In this document: piece after piece, positions 37,422 through 45,832 of the stretch
How the letters are laid out: every line of letters begins with the position of its first letter
Position numbering within the stretch: position 1 is the stretch's first letter
Translations under genes and position numbers: made by a program
Assembly (NCBI GenBank): GCA_044450345.1
Contig: JBIOIY010000015.1
Span: forward strand, 1-45,832
Direction of reading: 5' to 3'
Length of the DNA stretch: 45,832 nt
Origin: Thermodesulfovibrionales bacterium
GTDB taxonomy: Bacteria > Nitrospirota > Thermodesulfovibrionia > Thermodesulfovibrionales > UBA6898
The notes under the pieces: generated by a model
Databases searched by the model: none
What the model saw: the letters and a program-made list of their open reading frames with translations, nothing else
Told to the model about the DNA's origin: nothing

Positions 37422-37690
37422 ATCGGGGCCCTCACCTTTTCTCAATTGCTCATGTTTAAAGGAGTACTTCCTCCTCTTCTAACAAATATGCTATAAAGAG
37501 AGTAAGAGTTGTAAGGCAGGAGAACGCAGTTCTTCCCGGGTCTTCAACAGTTATGACTTTGTAATACCTATCGAGTATCAGATAACTCGCCCATACCAAA
37601 AAAAGGGTGCACCTCTCAAGAACGAAAAGACCTAATGGAGTCAAGTGGATAGTCACAGTGCACATTTGCCGGTCTTTTCATAGGTAATCT

Positions 37691-39040
37691 CTACCGCTTT
37701 CCTGTTGAGTTGGACCCCGATGCAAATGGTTGCGGATTCCTAAGACCTTTGAAATAACGTTTACGGGTAGATAGATTGATCCCGGCGTATACCTGGCAAC
37801 CGAACAGGGTCCGTTTCCATGGGCTCATGCCAAAGAACCGTTTTGTTATCGCGCCGAAAGAATAGACTTGTCTGTTCAAGCGGGCGAAACCGTTAATGAG
37901 TTCGTCGGCAGTCATGCCCTTTGGTTGATAAAGGAGTGTATCAGGAGGATATCCACGGAGCCACCAGTCACTTATAAACAACCTGCCTTCGCCTATGAGA
38001 CGCTTGTATAAACGTGTTCCCGGATAAGGAGTGAGGATCCTCAGCTGGACACAATCCATACGACTCCTCATAATAAATTCAAGGGTCTGCTCGAATACAT
38101 CCTTGTTTTCATAATCAAAGCCAAAAACAAAGCAGCCCAGTATACCGAAACCTTCAGCATGGAATCGATGCATGGCCTCATAAAAATCGATCCTCAGGTT
38201 CTTTATTTTATTCACCTCATTTTGTGTGCCTTTCTGTACCGATTCGAATCCAATCAAAAGCCCCATGCACCCCGCTCGTTTCATCAAGCCTATCAGCTCC
38301 AAATCCTGAGCCAACGACACTGTTCCTTGTCCCAGCCATAGCCGCCGAAGAGGTATCATTTCAGTAAAAAGCTTTTTGGCTGCATTCCGGTTCAGTCCAA
38401 GGGCGTCATCGACGAAGAAGATGTGACGGGAATCGATCGCCTCTATTTCGGCAATCACTTCCTGAACAGGCCTGACTCGATATTGATGCCCCAATGGTCC
38501 AATGGAACAGAATTCGCAATCGTGCGGACACCCGCGCGATGTCTCGACGCCGATCGGGACCGGGATATAGCCTTTCCCGTCGGCTCCGGGGAGGAGATCT
38601 CGCCGTGGTTTCGGCAGGCCCTGGAGATCGGTCATTTTATCGGCCCGATATATTCTTTGCATCTGCTCCGAGGCCGCATCAGATACAAGTTGTGGCCAGA
38701 TGGCCTCCGCTTCTCCTACAACTACAGCGTCTGCATGCGCTAAAGCTTCGTCAGGCAATACAGTGGGGTGTATTCCTCCCATCACCACTTTCACAGCCTT
38801 CCGGCGATAGGTGTCGCCGATTTGGTAGGCTCTCTGCGCAAGTTCGGTCAAGACGGTGATGCCCACCAAATCCACATCCTGATTGATGTCATCAGGAGCA
38901 AAAGCTTCCTCAACTATTGTAATCGTGTGGCCAGGCGGGGTGAGCGCCGCCAAAAGAGGGAGATTTACCCTCTGTAGTTTGAAGGGGCTGGATATCGTGT
39001 CTTTACGTTGTTCATGGGGTGCGATAAGTTTTATTTTCAT
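37691..39040 (-). CDS. B12-binding domain radical SAM protein
   Basis: LAALTP, VVMGGIHPT, VVVGEAE, TSRGCPHDCEFC, FVDD, IGFES and LTPYPGT. Confidence 0.92.
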   Translation of the reverse strand: MKIKLIAPHEQRKDTISSPFKLQRVNLPLLAALTPPGHTITIVEEAFAPDDINQDVDLVGITVLTELAQRAYQIGDTYRRKAVKVVMGGIHPTVLPDEALAHADAVVVGEAEAIWPQLVSDAASEQMQRIYRADKMTDLQGLPKPRRDLLPGADGKGYIPVPIGVETSRGCPHDCEFCSIGPLGHQYRVRPVQEVIAEIEAIDSRHIFFVDDALGLNRNAAKKLFTEMIPLRRLWLGQGTVSLAQDLELIGLMKRAGCMGLLIGFESVQKGTQNEVNKIKNLRIDFYEAMHRFHAEGFGILGCFVFGFDYENKDVFEQTLEFIMRSRMDCVQLRILTPYPGTRLYKRLIGEGRLFISDWWLRGYPPDTLLYQPKGMTADELINGFARLNRQVYSFGAITKRFFGMSPWKRTLFGCQVYAGINLSTRKRYFKGLRNPQPFASGSNSTGKR

Positions 39041-39088
39041 GTCTTCATCTCTCCAGTATTATTTAGTTGGGCGGAACAAACAGCGCCC

Positions 39089-40204
39089 CTACTTGCCCTC
39101 TTCCCATTTGGTGGCTATGATCCCCAGGATGAATACTACGACCACGAAAGCCCCTATGACCGCGGAGTAACGCAGCGCGGCCATGTTGTCTTCAAATACC
39201 ATGGATGCCCGGAGCCCCTCGTTCACGTAAAACAGCGGCAGCGTCCTGGCGAACTTCTGCAGGAACCCAGGCATCAGCTCGATAGGGAAGAAGCTCCCCG
39301 AGAGGAACATCATCGGGAAACTGATGGCGTTTGCCGCGGCGGCGGCGCTCTGGGCCTCCTTCACGAAGCGGGCGAGTATCATCCCGATTCCGACGAACGC
39401 GAAGACGTCAAGCAAAATGAACGCAAGGAGCCAGGCGTCGATATGCAGGCTGACGTCAAACACCGCGTAGCTCACCAGCAGCATCGCAATCGTCGATATG
39501 ACCGCGAGTATGAATTGGTACAGGATGTTCGACAGTATCCAGTCGGTCCGGGTGATGGGCGTTGTGGACAGCTTCCTGATGATGCCCTTCTGCCGCAGCT
39601 CCGTGTCCGAGTCCACCGTGCCGAACAGGCTCAACGTCATCACCGACATCGCGATGATACCGGGGACGAAGAACTCGATGAACCGGTATTTCTTGGCGAG
39701 TATAGATCTCTCAGCCGATCGGATGAACGGCGGCTTCCCGGACATCTTCTGGTTTATCACGGCTAACACTGCGTTCAGGATATCCTTCTTCGTGGCCACA
39801 GAGGAAGAGCTGGGGTCGTATATATAGGTGATGGTGACGGATGCGGTGAAGTCGTTGAACACCATCCTCTGCATGAGGGCCCTTTCATAGCCTTTGGGAA
39901 TAACGAGGACAAGGTTCACCCTGTTGTCCCTGACGTACTGGGTGGCGTTGACGGCGGGGTCGACCCTGGTTATCTTGAATTTCCCGTTGAACTCGAGGGT
40001 CTTGATGGCCTGTGCGGACGAATTCGTCTGGTCGAGGTCCTGCACACAAAGGTGGTATTCCACGTTGTCCTGGCTCATGAATATCGTGCCGAACACGAGT
40101 ATCAGAATTATCGGAAACGCAAACGTAAAGAACATCGTGGTCTTCTCACGGTAGAAGCTCAAGAGCTTCACGACGAGATTTGCACTGATTATGCGCGGTT
40201 TCAT
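39089..40204 (-). CDS. ABC-2 type exporter permease
   Basis: FFTFAFPI TM, periplasmic loop, FFVPGIIAM, GIIRKLSTTP, PMMFLSGSFFP and LPL. Confidence 0.93.
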   Translation of the reverse strand: MKPRIISANLVVKLLSFYREKTTMFFTFAFPIILILVFGTIFMSQDNVEYHLCVQDLDQTNSSAQAIKTLEFNGKFKITRVDPAVNATQYVRDNRVNLVLVIPKGYERALMQRMVFNDFTASVTITYIYDPSSSSVATKKDILNAVLAVINQKMSGKPPFIRSAERSILAKKYRFIEFFVPGIIAMSVMTLSLFGTVDSDTELRQKGIIRKLSTTPITRTDWILSNILYQFILAVISTIAMLLVSYAVFDVSLHIDAWLLAFILLDVFAFVGIGMILARFVKEAQSAAAAANAISFPMMFLSGSFFPIELMPGFLQKFARTLPLFYVNEGLRASMVFEDNMAALRYSAVIGAFVVVVFILGIIATKWEEGK

Positions 40205-41148
40205 TTTGCCACCATTTCGGGCTGATCCTCCCGGAGCGCCTCGCCGGTGAGCTTCAGGAAGACCTCTTCAAAGTTGGGTTTCCGAACGTCCAGACCGAGG
40301 TACAAGGCCCCGGCGTCCCTGATGGCATTCAGTATCTTCTGCACATCGTCCGTGTGCTCCACCCTGATCTTGATGTCTTTGTAGTTATCAAGGACAGGCT
40401 CGAAGCCCATCGTCCGGACGATTTCTAAGACTTTTTCGTCGGCGGGCTTTAGCGTGAGGACCAGGTAATTCGCGTTATTTTCGATGAGTTCCCTTGGCGA
40501 GCCCATGGCGATTACCTTACCCTTCGAGATTATGGCAACCGTGTCTGCAAGAAGCTCCGCTTCCTCCATGTAGTGTGTGGTGAGAAACACCGTCTTCCCC
40601 TTTTTTTTCAGGCCCAGCAGGACCTCCCATACCTCGCGCCTTGCGCGGGGGTCGAGCCCTGTTGTCGGCTCGTCGAGGAACACGACCTCGGGGTCGTTTA
40701 CGAGAGCAATCGCTATTCCGAGACGCTGTTTTAAGCCCCCGGAGAGGTTCCTGTACTGCTCTTTGGTCTTGTCCTTGAGGTTCACGAGCTCTATCAACCC
40801 GTCGATATCGGAGTCCATGCAGAAAAGCCGCGAGTAGTACTGGATGGTCTCCCTGACCGTTATCCTGTCGAACGAACTGAACCCCTGCGGGAGGACGCCG
40901 ATGCGTGGGACGATGTCGTGTTTCTTCTTCGTAACGTCCATTCCAAGAAGGGTCACTTTCCCGGACGTGGGCGTGCGGATCGTCTCGATGACCTCGACGG
41001 TAGTGGTTTTGCCGGCGCCGTTCGGGCCCAGAAAGGCAAACACCTCGCCTTTACTGACTGTGAAGGATATGTCGTTGACCGCCAGTAAATCCCCGTACCT
41101 CTTCGTCAGTCTCTCGACTTCGATTGCGTATTCAGTTTCTTTGGTCAT
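40201..41148 (-). CDS. ABC exporter ATP-binding protein
   Basis: GPNGAGKTT, LSGG, FLDEPTTGLDP and TTHYMEEAE. GGAG before MTKETE. Confidence 0.95.
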   Translation of the reverse strand: MTKETEYAIEVERLTKRYGDLLAVNDISFTVSKGEVFAFLGPNGAGKTTTVEVIETIRTPTSGKVTLLGMDVTKKKHDIVPRIGVLPQGFSSFDRITVRETIQYYSRLFCMDSDIDGLIELVNLKDKTKEQYRNLSGGLKQRLGIAIALVNDPEVVFLDEPTTGLDPRARREVWEVLLGLKKKGKTVFLTTHYMEEAELLADTVAIISKGKVIAMGSPRELIENNANYLVLTLKPADEKVLEIVRTMGFEPVLDNYKDIKIRVEHTDDVQKILNAIRDAGALYLGLDVRKPNFEEVFLKLTGEALREDQPEMVAK

Positions 41149-42331
41149 GAATCTCCATTTTGCCTCCATGGGTCAACGGCATTGAAACCGGCACATCCGA
41201 TGCGGCGCGAGGGGAGACGGCTGGCCAGAACCTGAGGCGGCTAAGGACCTTATTGTTGACCGCAGGCCATGCAATAAGAAAACGGTCAATCACCGGCTGG
41301 CGGTGTTTAAATAAAATAAAGCTTGGGATCAATGTCGCACCCAGGTGTGCTTTGGTCCTCTCCGCGCCCTGCCCCGCGTAATAAAGTGGGATTTTTTGCT
41401 CCACGCAGGTGCGGACATTTTCGAGCCAGGACAAGACATAAAGGTTGTATGTGCGGCCGAGCTCGGTATCCATGCAGAAATAAATATCCACCATCGCTTC
41501 CTGTTTTACGACGAGAAGGTTGAAAGCGACGAGTTCTTCCTGCACAAAGTAGAGTATGTATTCGGCGCCCGGGACTCCCTCACAGATTTTTTCAAAAAAT
41601 AAACGGTTGTGCATGCCAAGCGCCATGGGGCTGCGCTCCACTGTTTTCAGATAAAGCGTGTAGATCCTGTCGAGAAAGGGAGAAATAGTGCGGCTTCGAA
41701 CCACTCTGACTTCGTGGGAGGCACGCATTTTGCGGCGCAGGTCTTTTCTGGCGGCCCTTGAAAAGCGGCCCAGGAATTCCTCCATGCTGCTAAAATCGAT
41801 CGGCAGCCGGGCGCAGGACTGACATTGCACCCGGTTGAATTGCTTGAACACTTCCCCTGGAAGTTTGCCGTAATGATTGAAGTTGTAAAGCGCCACGATG
41901 TCGCTTTTCAGTTCGGCAGCGAGCGTCTGCAAGGCGCCAAAGGCCATTTTGCATGCCGCATCGAGCGTGGCCTCATCGATTTGAGGATCAACCCCGATTT
42001 CACTCCATTCCCCTACCAGCAGCCCGACGCTTAAAACACGGGGTTGAAAAAGTGAGGGGATGAGCCGGCCTGCAACTTTTAGCGATTTCTTGATCCATCC
42101 CTCCACAAAAGTGGACAGATCAAAACGGGTTTCAAACAACGGCAATAAGAGAATGGGAACATCATCTCTCAACACAACGATGCTCCGCAGGTTAAAACCG
42201 TCTATACCCGATTCTTGCAACAGAGAAAGAAGGGGGGCGGTTATAGAAGGCTCAGGGAAAAGCCGTCCAAGTTCTGCGGCCGACACTCCGTCTAACCGCG
42301 GCACGCAATTGCAGGTAAGGTTATTCATCAT
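41132..42331 (-). CDS. GNAT-fold acyltransferase, FemAB-like
   Basis: FSSMEEFLGRFSRAARKDLRRK, FFEK, LVAFNL, YNLY and YYAGQGAERTKAHLGA are typical of double-GNAT FemAB-like proteins. Confidence 0.78.
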   Translation of the reverse strand: MMNNLTCNCVPRLDGVSAAELGRLFPEPSITAPLLSLLQESGIDGFNLRSIVVLRDDVPILLLPLFETRFDLSTFVEGWIKKSLKVAGRLIPSLFQPRVLSVGLLVGEWSEIGVDPQIDEATLDAACKMAFGALQTLAAELKSDIVALYNFNHYGKLPGEVFKQFNRVQCQSCARLPIDFSSMEEFLGRFSRAARKDLRRKMRASHEVRVVRSRTISPFLDRIYTLYLKTVERSPMALGMHNRLFFEKICEGVPGAEYILYFVQEELVAFNLLVVKQEAMVDIYFCMDTELGRTYNLYVLSWLENVRTCVEQKIPLYYAGQGAERTKAHLGATLIPSFILFKHRQPVIDRFLIAWPAVNNKVLSRLRFWPAVSPRAASDVPVSMPLTHGGKMEIHDQRN

Positions 42332-43094
42332 CGCCTGTCGGCCTCCGGCTCAAAAGGGCGATGGAAAGCCACATCTTCCTCTGAGGAAGCGAACGTACCA
42401 ATAGGGATTGGCCGGCATCCATGGGAAACCGCACCAAGGCCTTCCCTGATAAGCCCACTGGAAAGGTATACCCCCAATTCTCCGCAATTGGCCCCCCTGC
42501 CGCGCTCTCTTCAGATGGATAGACGGTGATTTGCCGCGGATCCACGAGGTGGAATCCACATCCCAGGGCCTTGACAACGGCTTCCTTGGTAGACCAGAGC
42601 AGGGCCGATGCCTTTTCCAAATCTCCGTCCGCCAACCTTAAGGCATGTTGAAGCTCTTGTGGATGGAAGACCCGGTGAAAGGGGTATCCTGTGTGGAATT
42701 CATCGGTCCCTGCCACATCAATGCCGATATCAGACTTATCTGCACAGAGGGCGGCCCAGACCCTTCCTCCACCTTCGCTGAAGGAAACAGCCGGCCCCCG
42801 ATGCTCTCCCAACAGGAGATGGGGCTTGCCAAGCTGGTCGTGGACCACCTGAATCGGGAAAGCGTCTCTGTTTGAGGATTGAGAGCGTTTCCAAAGAGGA
42901 CTCTCCCCCACTACAAGATAGTCCCACAGGATGGAGACGAGGCGGTGTTTTGCTGCTTCTCCGTTCGTATCATGATCCTTGCGGGTTTCGGTGTCACGTT
43001 GAAGGGATGCATAGAAGACGGGTCCCCTTCCATGGACGGTATTCATCGTATGGACGGTTACTCCTTCGCGATCCATTGTCATATTGACTCTCAC
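42321..43094 (-). CDS. 4'-phosphopantetheinyl transferase (ACPS/Sfp superfamily)
   Basis: LGKP, SFS, IGIDV and LWSTKEAVVKALGCG. Directly downstream of a PKS. Start is uncertain. Confidence 0.88.
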   Translation of the reverse strand: MRVNMTMDREGVTVHTMNTVHGRGPVFYASLQRDTETRKDHDTNGEAAKHRLVSILWDYLVVGESPLWKRSQSSNRDAFPIQVVHDQLGKPHLLLGEHRGPAVSFSEGGGRVWAALCADKSDIGIDVAGTDEFHTGYPFHRVFHPQELQHALRLADGDLEKASALLWSTKEAVVKALGCGFHLVDPRQITVYPSEESAAGGPIAENWGYTFPVGLSGKALVRFPMDAGQSLLVRSLPQRKMWLSIALLSRRPTGDDE

Positions 43095-43111
43095 CTGTCC
43101 GTAGCCTCGGC

Positions 43112-45832
43112 TCAGTCCGAACCCCAGTGCATTCGAATACCGGAAATCTGCATGATGGTGCGGCCTTGATCGTCAATCCCTCTGGCGTCCCAGGAGAGGC
43201 CTTCGTCGTCCTGCGCCCGCATGCGGGCCTCAAGGGTTATCTGTTCCCCCGCCCGGCATTTTCGCAAAAACGTCATCTCCCCGATCTCCATGGGAATCAT
43301 CGATCGCCGCTCCGATGGTTCCGTTAGAGCGATGTGGAAGCCGACCAACTGCAAAAGGGCCTCGAAAAGGTAGGGAGAGTATTGGTACCGGGCGTTGCGC
43401 AGATTTGCGAAATCACTTGTCTGCCTGTAGGTAGTCCGGCCCCGCACTACCCCTAGACCTGCACCGTCAAGGAACTCCATCACGCGATACCTGCCTTCGA
43501 GACCGCTGCGGTCTTTGTACCATTTAAGCACTTTTTTATGATCCATAGGCCCCGTCCGAAGTTCGTCGAGCCGAACAGGAAAATCCGGGAGCCCCTCCCC
43601 GAGATATCCTTCCCCGCCATCAAGGATCACCTGGCCCTTACAGTGCGGGGTGAAGCGGTCGGTCAATCTCCCGGCGGGGGAGATATCCTGTGTTGCGAGT
43701 GAGACCTCGCACAATACCCCCGGAAGGCCTCTGCTGGCCCGGCTGCATGAGATCCTGGAAGGCCGTGGGACCCCCGGAGGACATTGGATCATGTCCATGA
43801 ACCGCACATGGCGAACTCCCCGCACCTTGAGGTGGGGATACAGGACCCGGGCGGCTTCCATGAATGTCTCCAGGACCATTGCGGCTGAGACCAGAGGATG
43901 CTTGACGAACCTGAAAGGCCTGTGGTCCGCGATCCAAAGATCCTTCTTTAGGGAGAAGGATCTGAAGGCCTCCAGTTCTTCCCGGCGGATGTCCAGACAA
44001 GAGATCCTTTCTATCATGGGAAAGTCTTCGGGGCTGAAGGACACGGTGCCTCCATCAAGTTTTTTACTGAGTGAAGGGAGGGTTGTATCATTGATATTAT
44101 TTATGTCATCGGGATCCATGTCATTGATTAGGGCCGTGCTCATTGGTGGCAGCCTCCTCATGAACATCACCCAATCGTCGTCGGCAGGGGCTACAAAGAG
44201 CTCGCGGCAGAAAAGCCCTGCAAGCTCATTTACATGTATGTACGACACGCCCTTCCGCTTCATCAGCTCCCGGACCTCCGGGTCCTCGGCCATGCCCGCC
44301 CCCTCGACGGGGGGAAGCATCAAAGCCTTGAACCGGATGTCACCATTTTTCCGGTGGAGAGTCCTGAGTAACGCAGACATCATCCGGTTGGCTGCGGCGT
44401 AGTTGGCCTGGCCGGGATTCCCCTGGATCGCGGCCGCCGAGGAGAGGCCCACGAAAAACCTCAAACCGACCCCTGCCGCAGCCGAGAACAGATTCCAGGC
44501 CCCGAGGAATTTGACGTCCGTGACCATGGAGAAATCATCCGGGGTCATTTGGCTTAAGAGACCGTCCCTGAGGACTCCGGCGCCGTGAATGATCCCATCG
44601 ATCTTGCCATAACGGCTTGCCACCTCGCCCATGATCGTGCGTACCGCTTCGGGGTCGGTCACATCGCAGGTATGGTACGTTGCCTCGATCCCTGAAGACC
44701 GCAAATCCGCCAGGGTCCGGACGATCTCCGATGCCCTGGGGTTGCCCCGATCGAGAGGGGTCCTCCCCAGCAATACCAGGCGGGGCCCGAAAGGCACGAG
44801 GCATTGGGCCAGATGGGCGCTGATTCCGGTTGCGCCCCCGGACATGACTACAACGTCTCCAGGGCTCAGATTCAGACTTGACGAATCCCCGAAGACCGAC
44901 GGGGCCACGTGTCCCTCTGAAGTGAAGACCCTTCCATCACGATGAATGATCTCTACCACGGTACAACTTCTGTCCAGAGCACCGTGCAGCGCAACGCGAA
45001 GGTCGGTATCCCTGTCGATTTCCATTGTGCGAAACTGGACCGATGGGTATTCATGCGCTGCGCTCAGAAAAAGTCCGAGCATCCCTTCCGCCATCAGACT
45101 GCCGGGAGTTTCGGCATCCTCCCTGGAATGGATCAGCACCACGAATTTCTTAGCCGGTGATTGGAGAAATGCCTTCAGTGGTAAAAATAGTCCCGTCAAA
45201 AGCCGCGAAACATCCGCTATACCTTTTAACTTTCCAGCCCAGTCTTTAGGTAAGGTGATAACCATCCCAGCCAGGGACGCCAAACCCGATATTCTTTCTG
45301 ATACCTTACAAAATCCTTCATCAGTAAAAATATCATAACCTTCTTGTCCGGAATCGTTCGCCTTCATAAATTGCATTGGGATCGTGTCAACCCCGTAATC
45401 CTGCCGGAAGATATCTCCGACATTTTTTGCAATCCCGTTGTCCCCGGCATTATCCTTATCCGGTGAAAGAAGAAGCACCGAATCGCTCCGGCTTAATTTT
45501 ATTGGTGCCGCTGCCGAGATTTCCACGGGCACGCTCCTGAATACCAGTCGCTTCAGATTCGCCTCATCCCATAAGGGCTTCAGGGTTTCGTCTTGCACTA
45601 AGCCGGGTCCGGCCGTCTTGGTGGCCGGCGGCAGGTCGACACCCTCTTTTGCAGCGACCAGCCCGGAGATCTTCTCGGCGATGTCCCTGATGGTGCGGAG
45701 ACCTATAAAATCCTCCAGTTCGATGGTGATCCCGAAATGGCGTTCCGCTGCATCCATGATTATCGGGAGACGGCTGGAGCGGATGGAGAGGTCCCTTCTG
45801 AGATCCATATCAGGCCGGATTTCATCCCTGTT
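43112..45832 (-). CDS. Type I polyketide synthase, PfaA-like C-terminal part (ACP-KR-DH), partial at the window end
   Basis: Frame stays open to 45832 (NRDEIRPDMDLRRDL). ACP-like helix set, KR (SGGATGI, CDVTD, HGAGVLRD, SSAAA..GNPGQANYAAAN) and double-hotdog DH (WIADH...P.V, PYLFEALLQ). Confidence 0.92.
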   Translation of the reverse strand, partial: NRDEIRPDMDLRRDLSIRSSRLPIIMDAAERHFGITIELEDFIGLRTIRDIAEKISGLVAAKEGVDLPPATKTAGPGLVQDETLKPLWDEANLKRLVFRSVPVEISAAAPIKLSRSDSVLLLSPDKDNAGDNGIAKNVGDIFRQDYGVDTIPMQFMKANDSGQEGYDIFTDEGFCKVSERISGLASLAGMVITLPKDWAGKLKGIADVSRLLTGLFLPLKAFLQSPAKKFVVLIHSREDAETPGSLMAEGMLGLFLSAAHEYPSVQFRTMEIDRDTDLRVALHGALDRSCTVVEIIHRDGRVFTSEGHVAPSVFGDSSSLNLSPGDVVVMSGGATGISAHLAQCLVPFGPRLVLLGRTPLDRGNPRASEIVRTLADLRSSGIEATYHTCDVTDPEAVRTIMGEVASRYGKIDGIIHGAGVLRDGLLSQMTPDDFSMVTDVKFLGAWNLFSAAAGVGLRFFVGLSSAAAIQGNPGQANYAAANRMMSALLRTLHRKNGDIRFKALMLPPVEGAGMAEDPEVRELMKRKGVSYIHVNELAGLFCRELFVAPADDDWVMFMRRLPPMSTALINDMDPDDINNINDTTLPSLSKKLDGGTVSFSPEDFPMIERISCLDIRREELEAFRSFSLKKDLWIADHRPFRFVKHPLVSAAMVLETFMEAARVLYPHLKVRGVRHVRFMDMIQCPPGVPRPSRISCSRASRGLPGVLCEVSLATQDISPAGRLTDRFTPHCKGQVILDGGEGYLGEGLPDFPVRLDELRTGPMDHKKVLKWYKDRSGLEGRYRVMEFLDGAGLGVVRGRTTYRQTSDFANLRNARYQYSPYLFEALLQLVGFHIALTEPSERRSMIPMEIGEMTFLRKCRAGEQITLEARMRAQDDEGLSWDARGIDDQGRTIMQISGIRMHWGSD

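Noticed and set aside
31794..37658. 11-bp inverted match TGTGACTATCC near 31.8 kb and 37.65 kb as possible element ends
   Set aside because: An 11-mer match at this distance is expected by chance, and there is no transposase or target duplication.
37456..37665. 69-aa ORF downstream of the radical SAM gene as a possible RiPP precursor
   Set aside because: No clear RBS, no leader/core pattern, and the enzyme context points to a PKS product.
1..45832. CRISPR arrays, tRNA/rRNA genes, integrases, transposases and sigma-54 (-24/-12) promoters
   Set aside because: None was recognised by eye. The TGG...GC candidates I checked (about 6524 and 17496) had the wrong spacing. A formal scan could still find weak sites.

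Overview
A 45.8-kb stretch of bacterial chromosome that looks like it comes from an anaerobe (single-chain PFOR, rubrerythrin-like protein, heme-c sensor). The gene set is compatible with Nitrospirota or Desulfobacterota, but that assignment is an inference only. Core genes are nifJ/por, aroF, folE-folD, panB, ychJ and hrcA-grpE-dnaK-dnaJ-rsmE with a perfect CIRCE operator. Accessory material is interleaved with them: a c-di-GMP cluster (HD-GYP, PilZ, a degenerate HD-GYP), an RHH/PIN toxin-antitoxin pair bracketed by an 11-bp direct repeat, small REP-like hairpins (one nested inside another), and two gene remnants. Two candidate novel systems stand out. (1) A 3.2-kb module flanked by a diverged copy of the 3' end of a DUF2301-like gene. 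It encodes a heme-c (CxxCH) Cache sensor kinase whose phospho-accepting His is replaced by Ser, together with a receiver-less, Cys-rich PAS sigma-54 activator, which suggests NifL/NifA-like phosphorylation-independent signalling. (2) The end of a PfaA-like type I PKS operon, cut by the window edge, with an atypical ACP motif, PPTase, FemAB-like GNAT, ABC exporter and B12-dependent radical SAM enzyme. No rRNA, tRNA, CRISPR array, integrase or transposase was seen.
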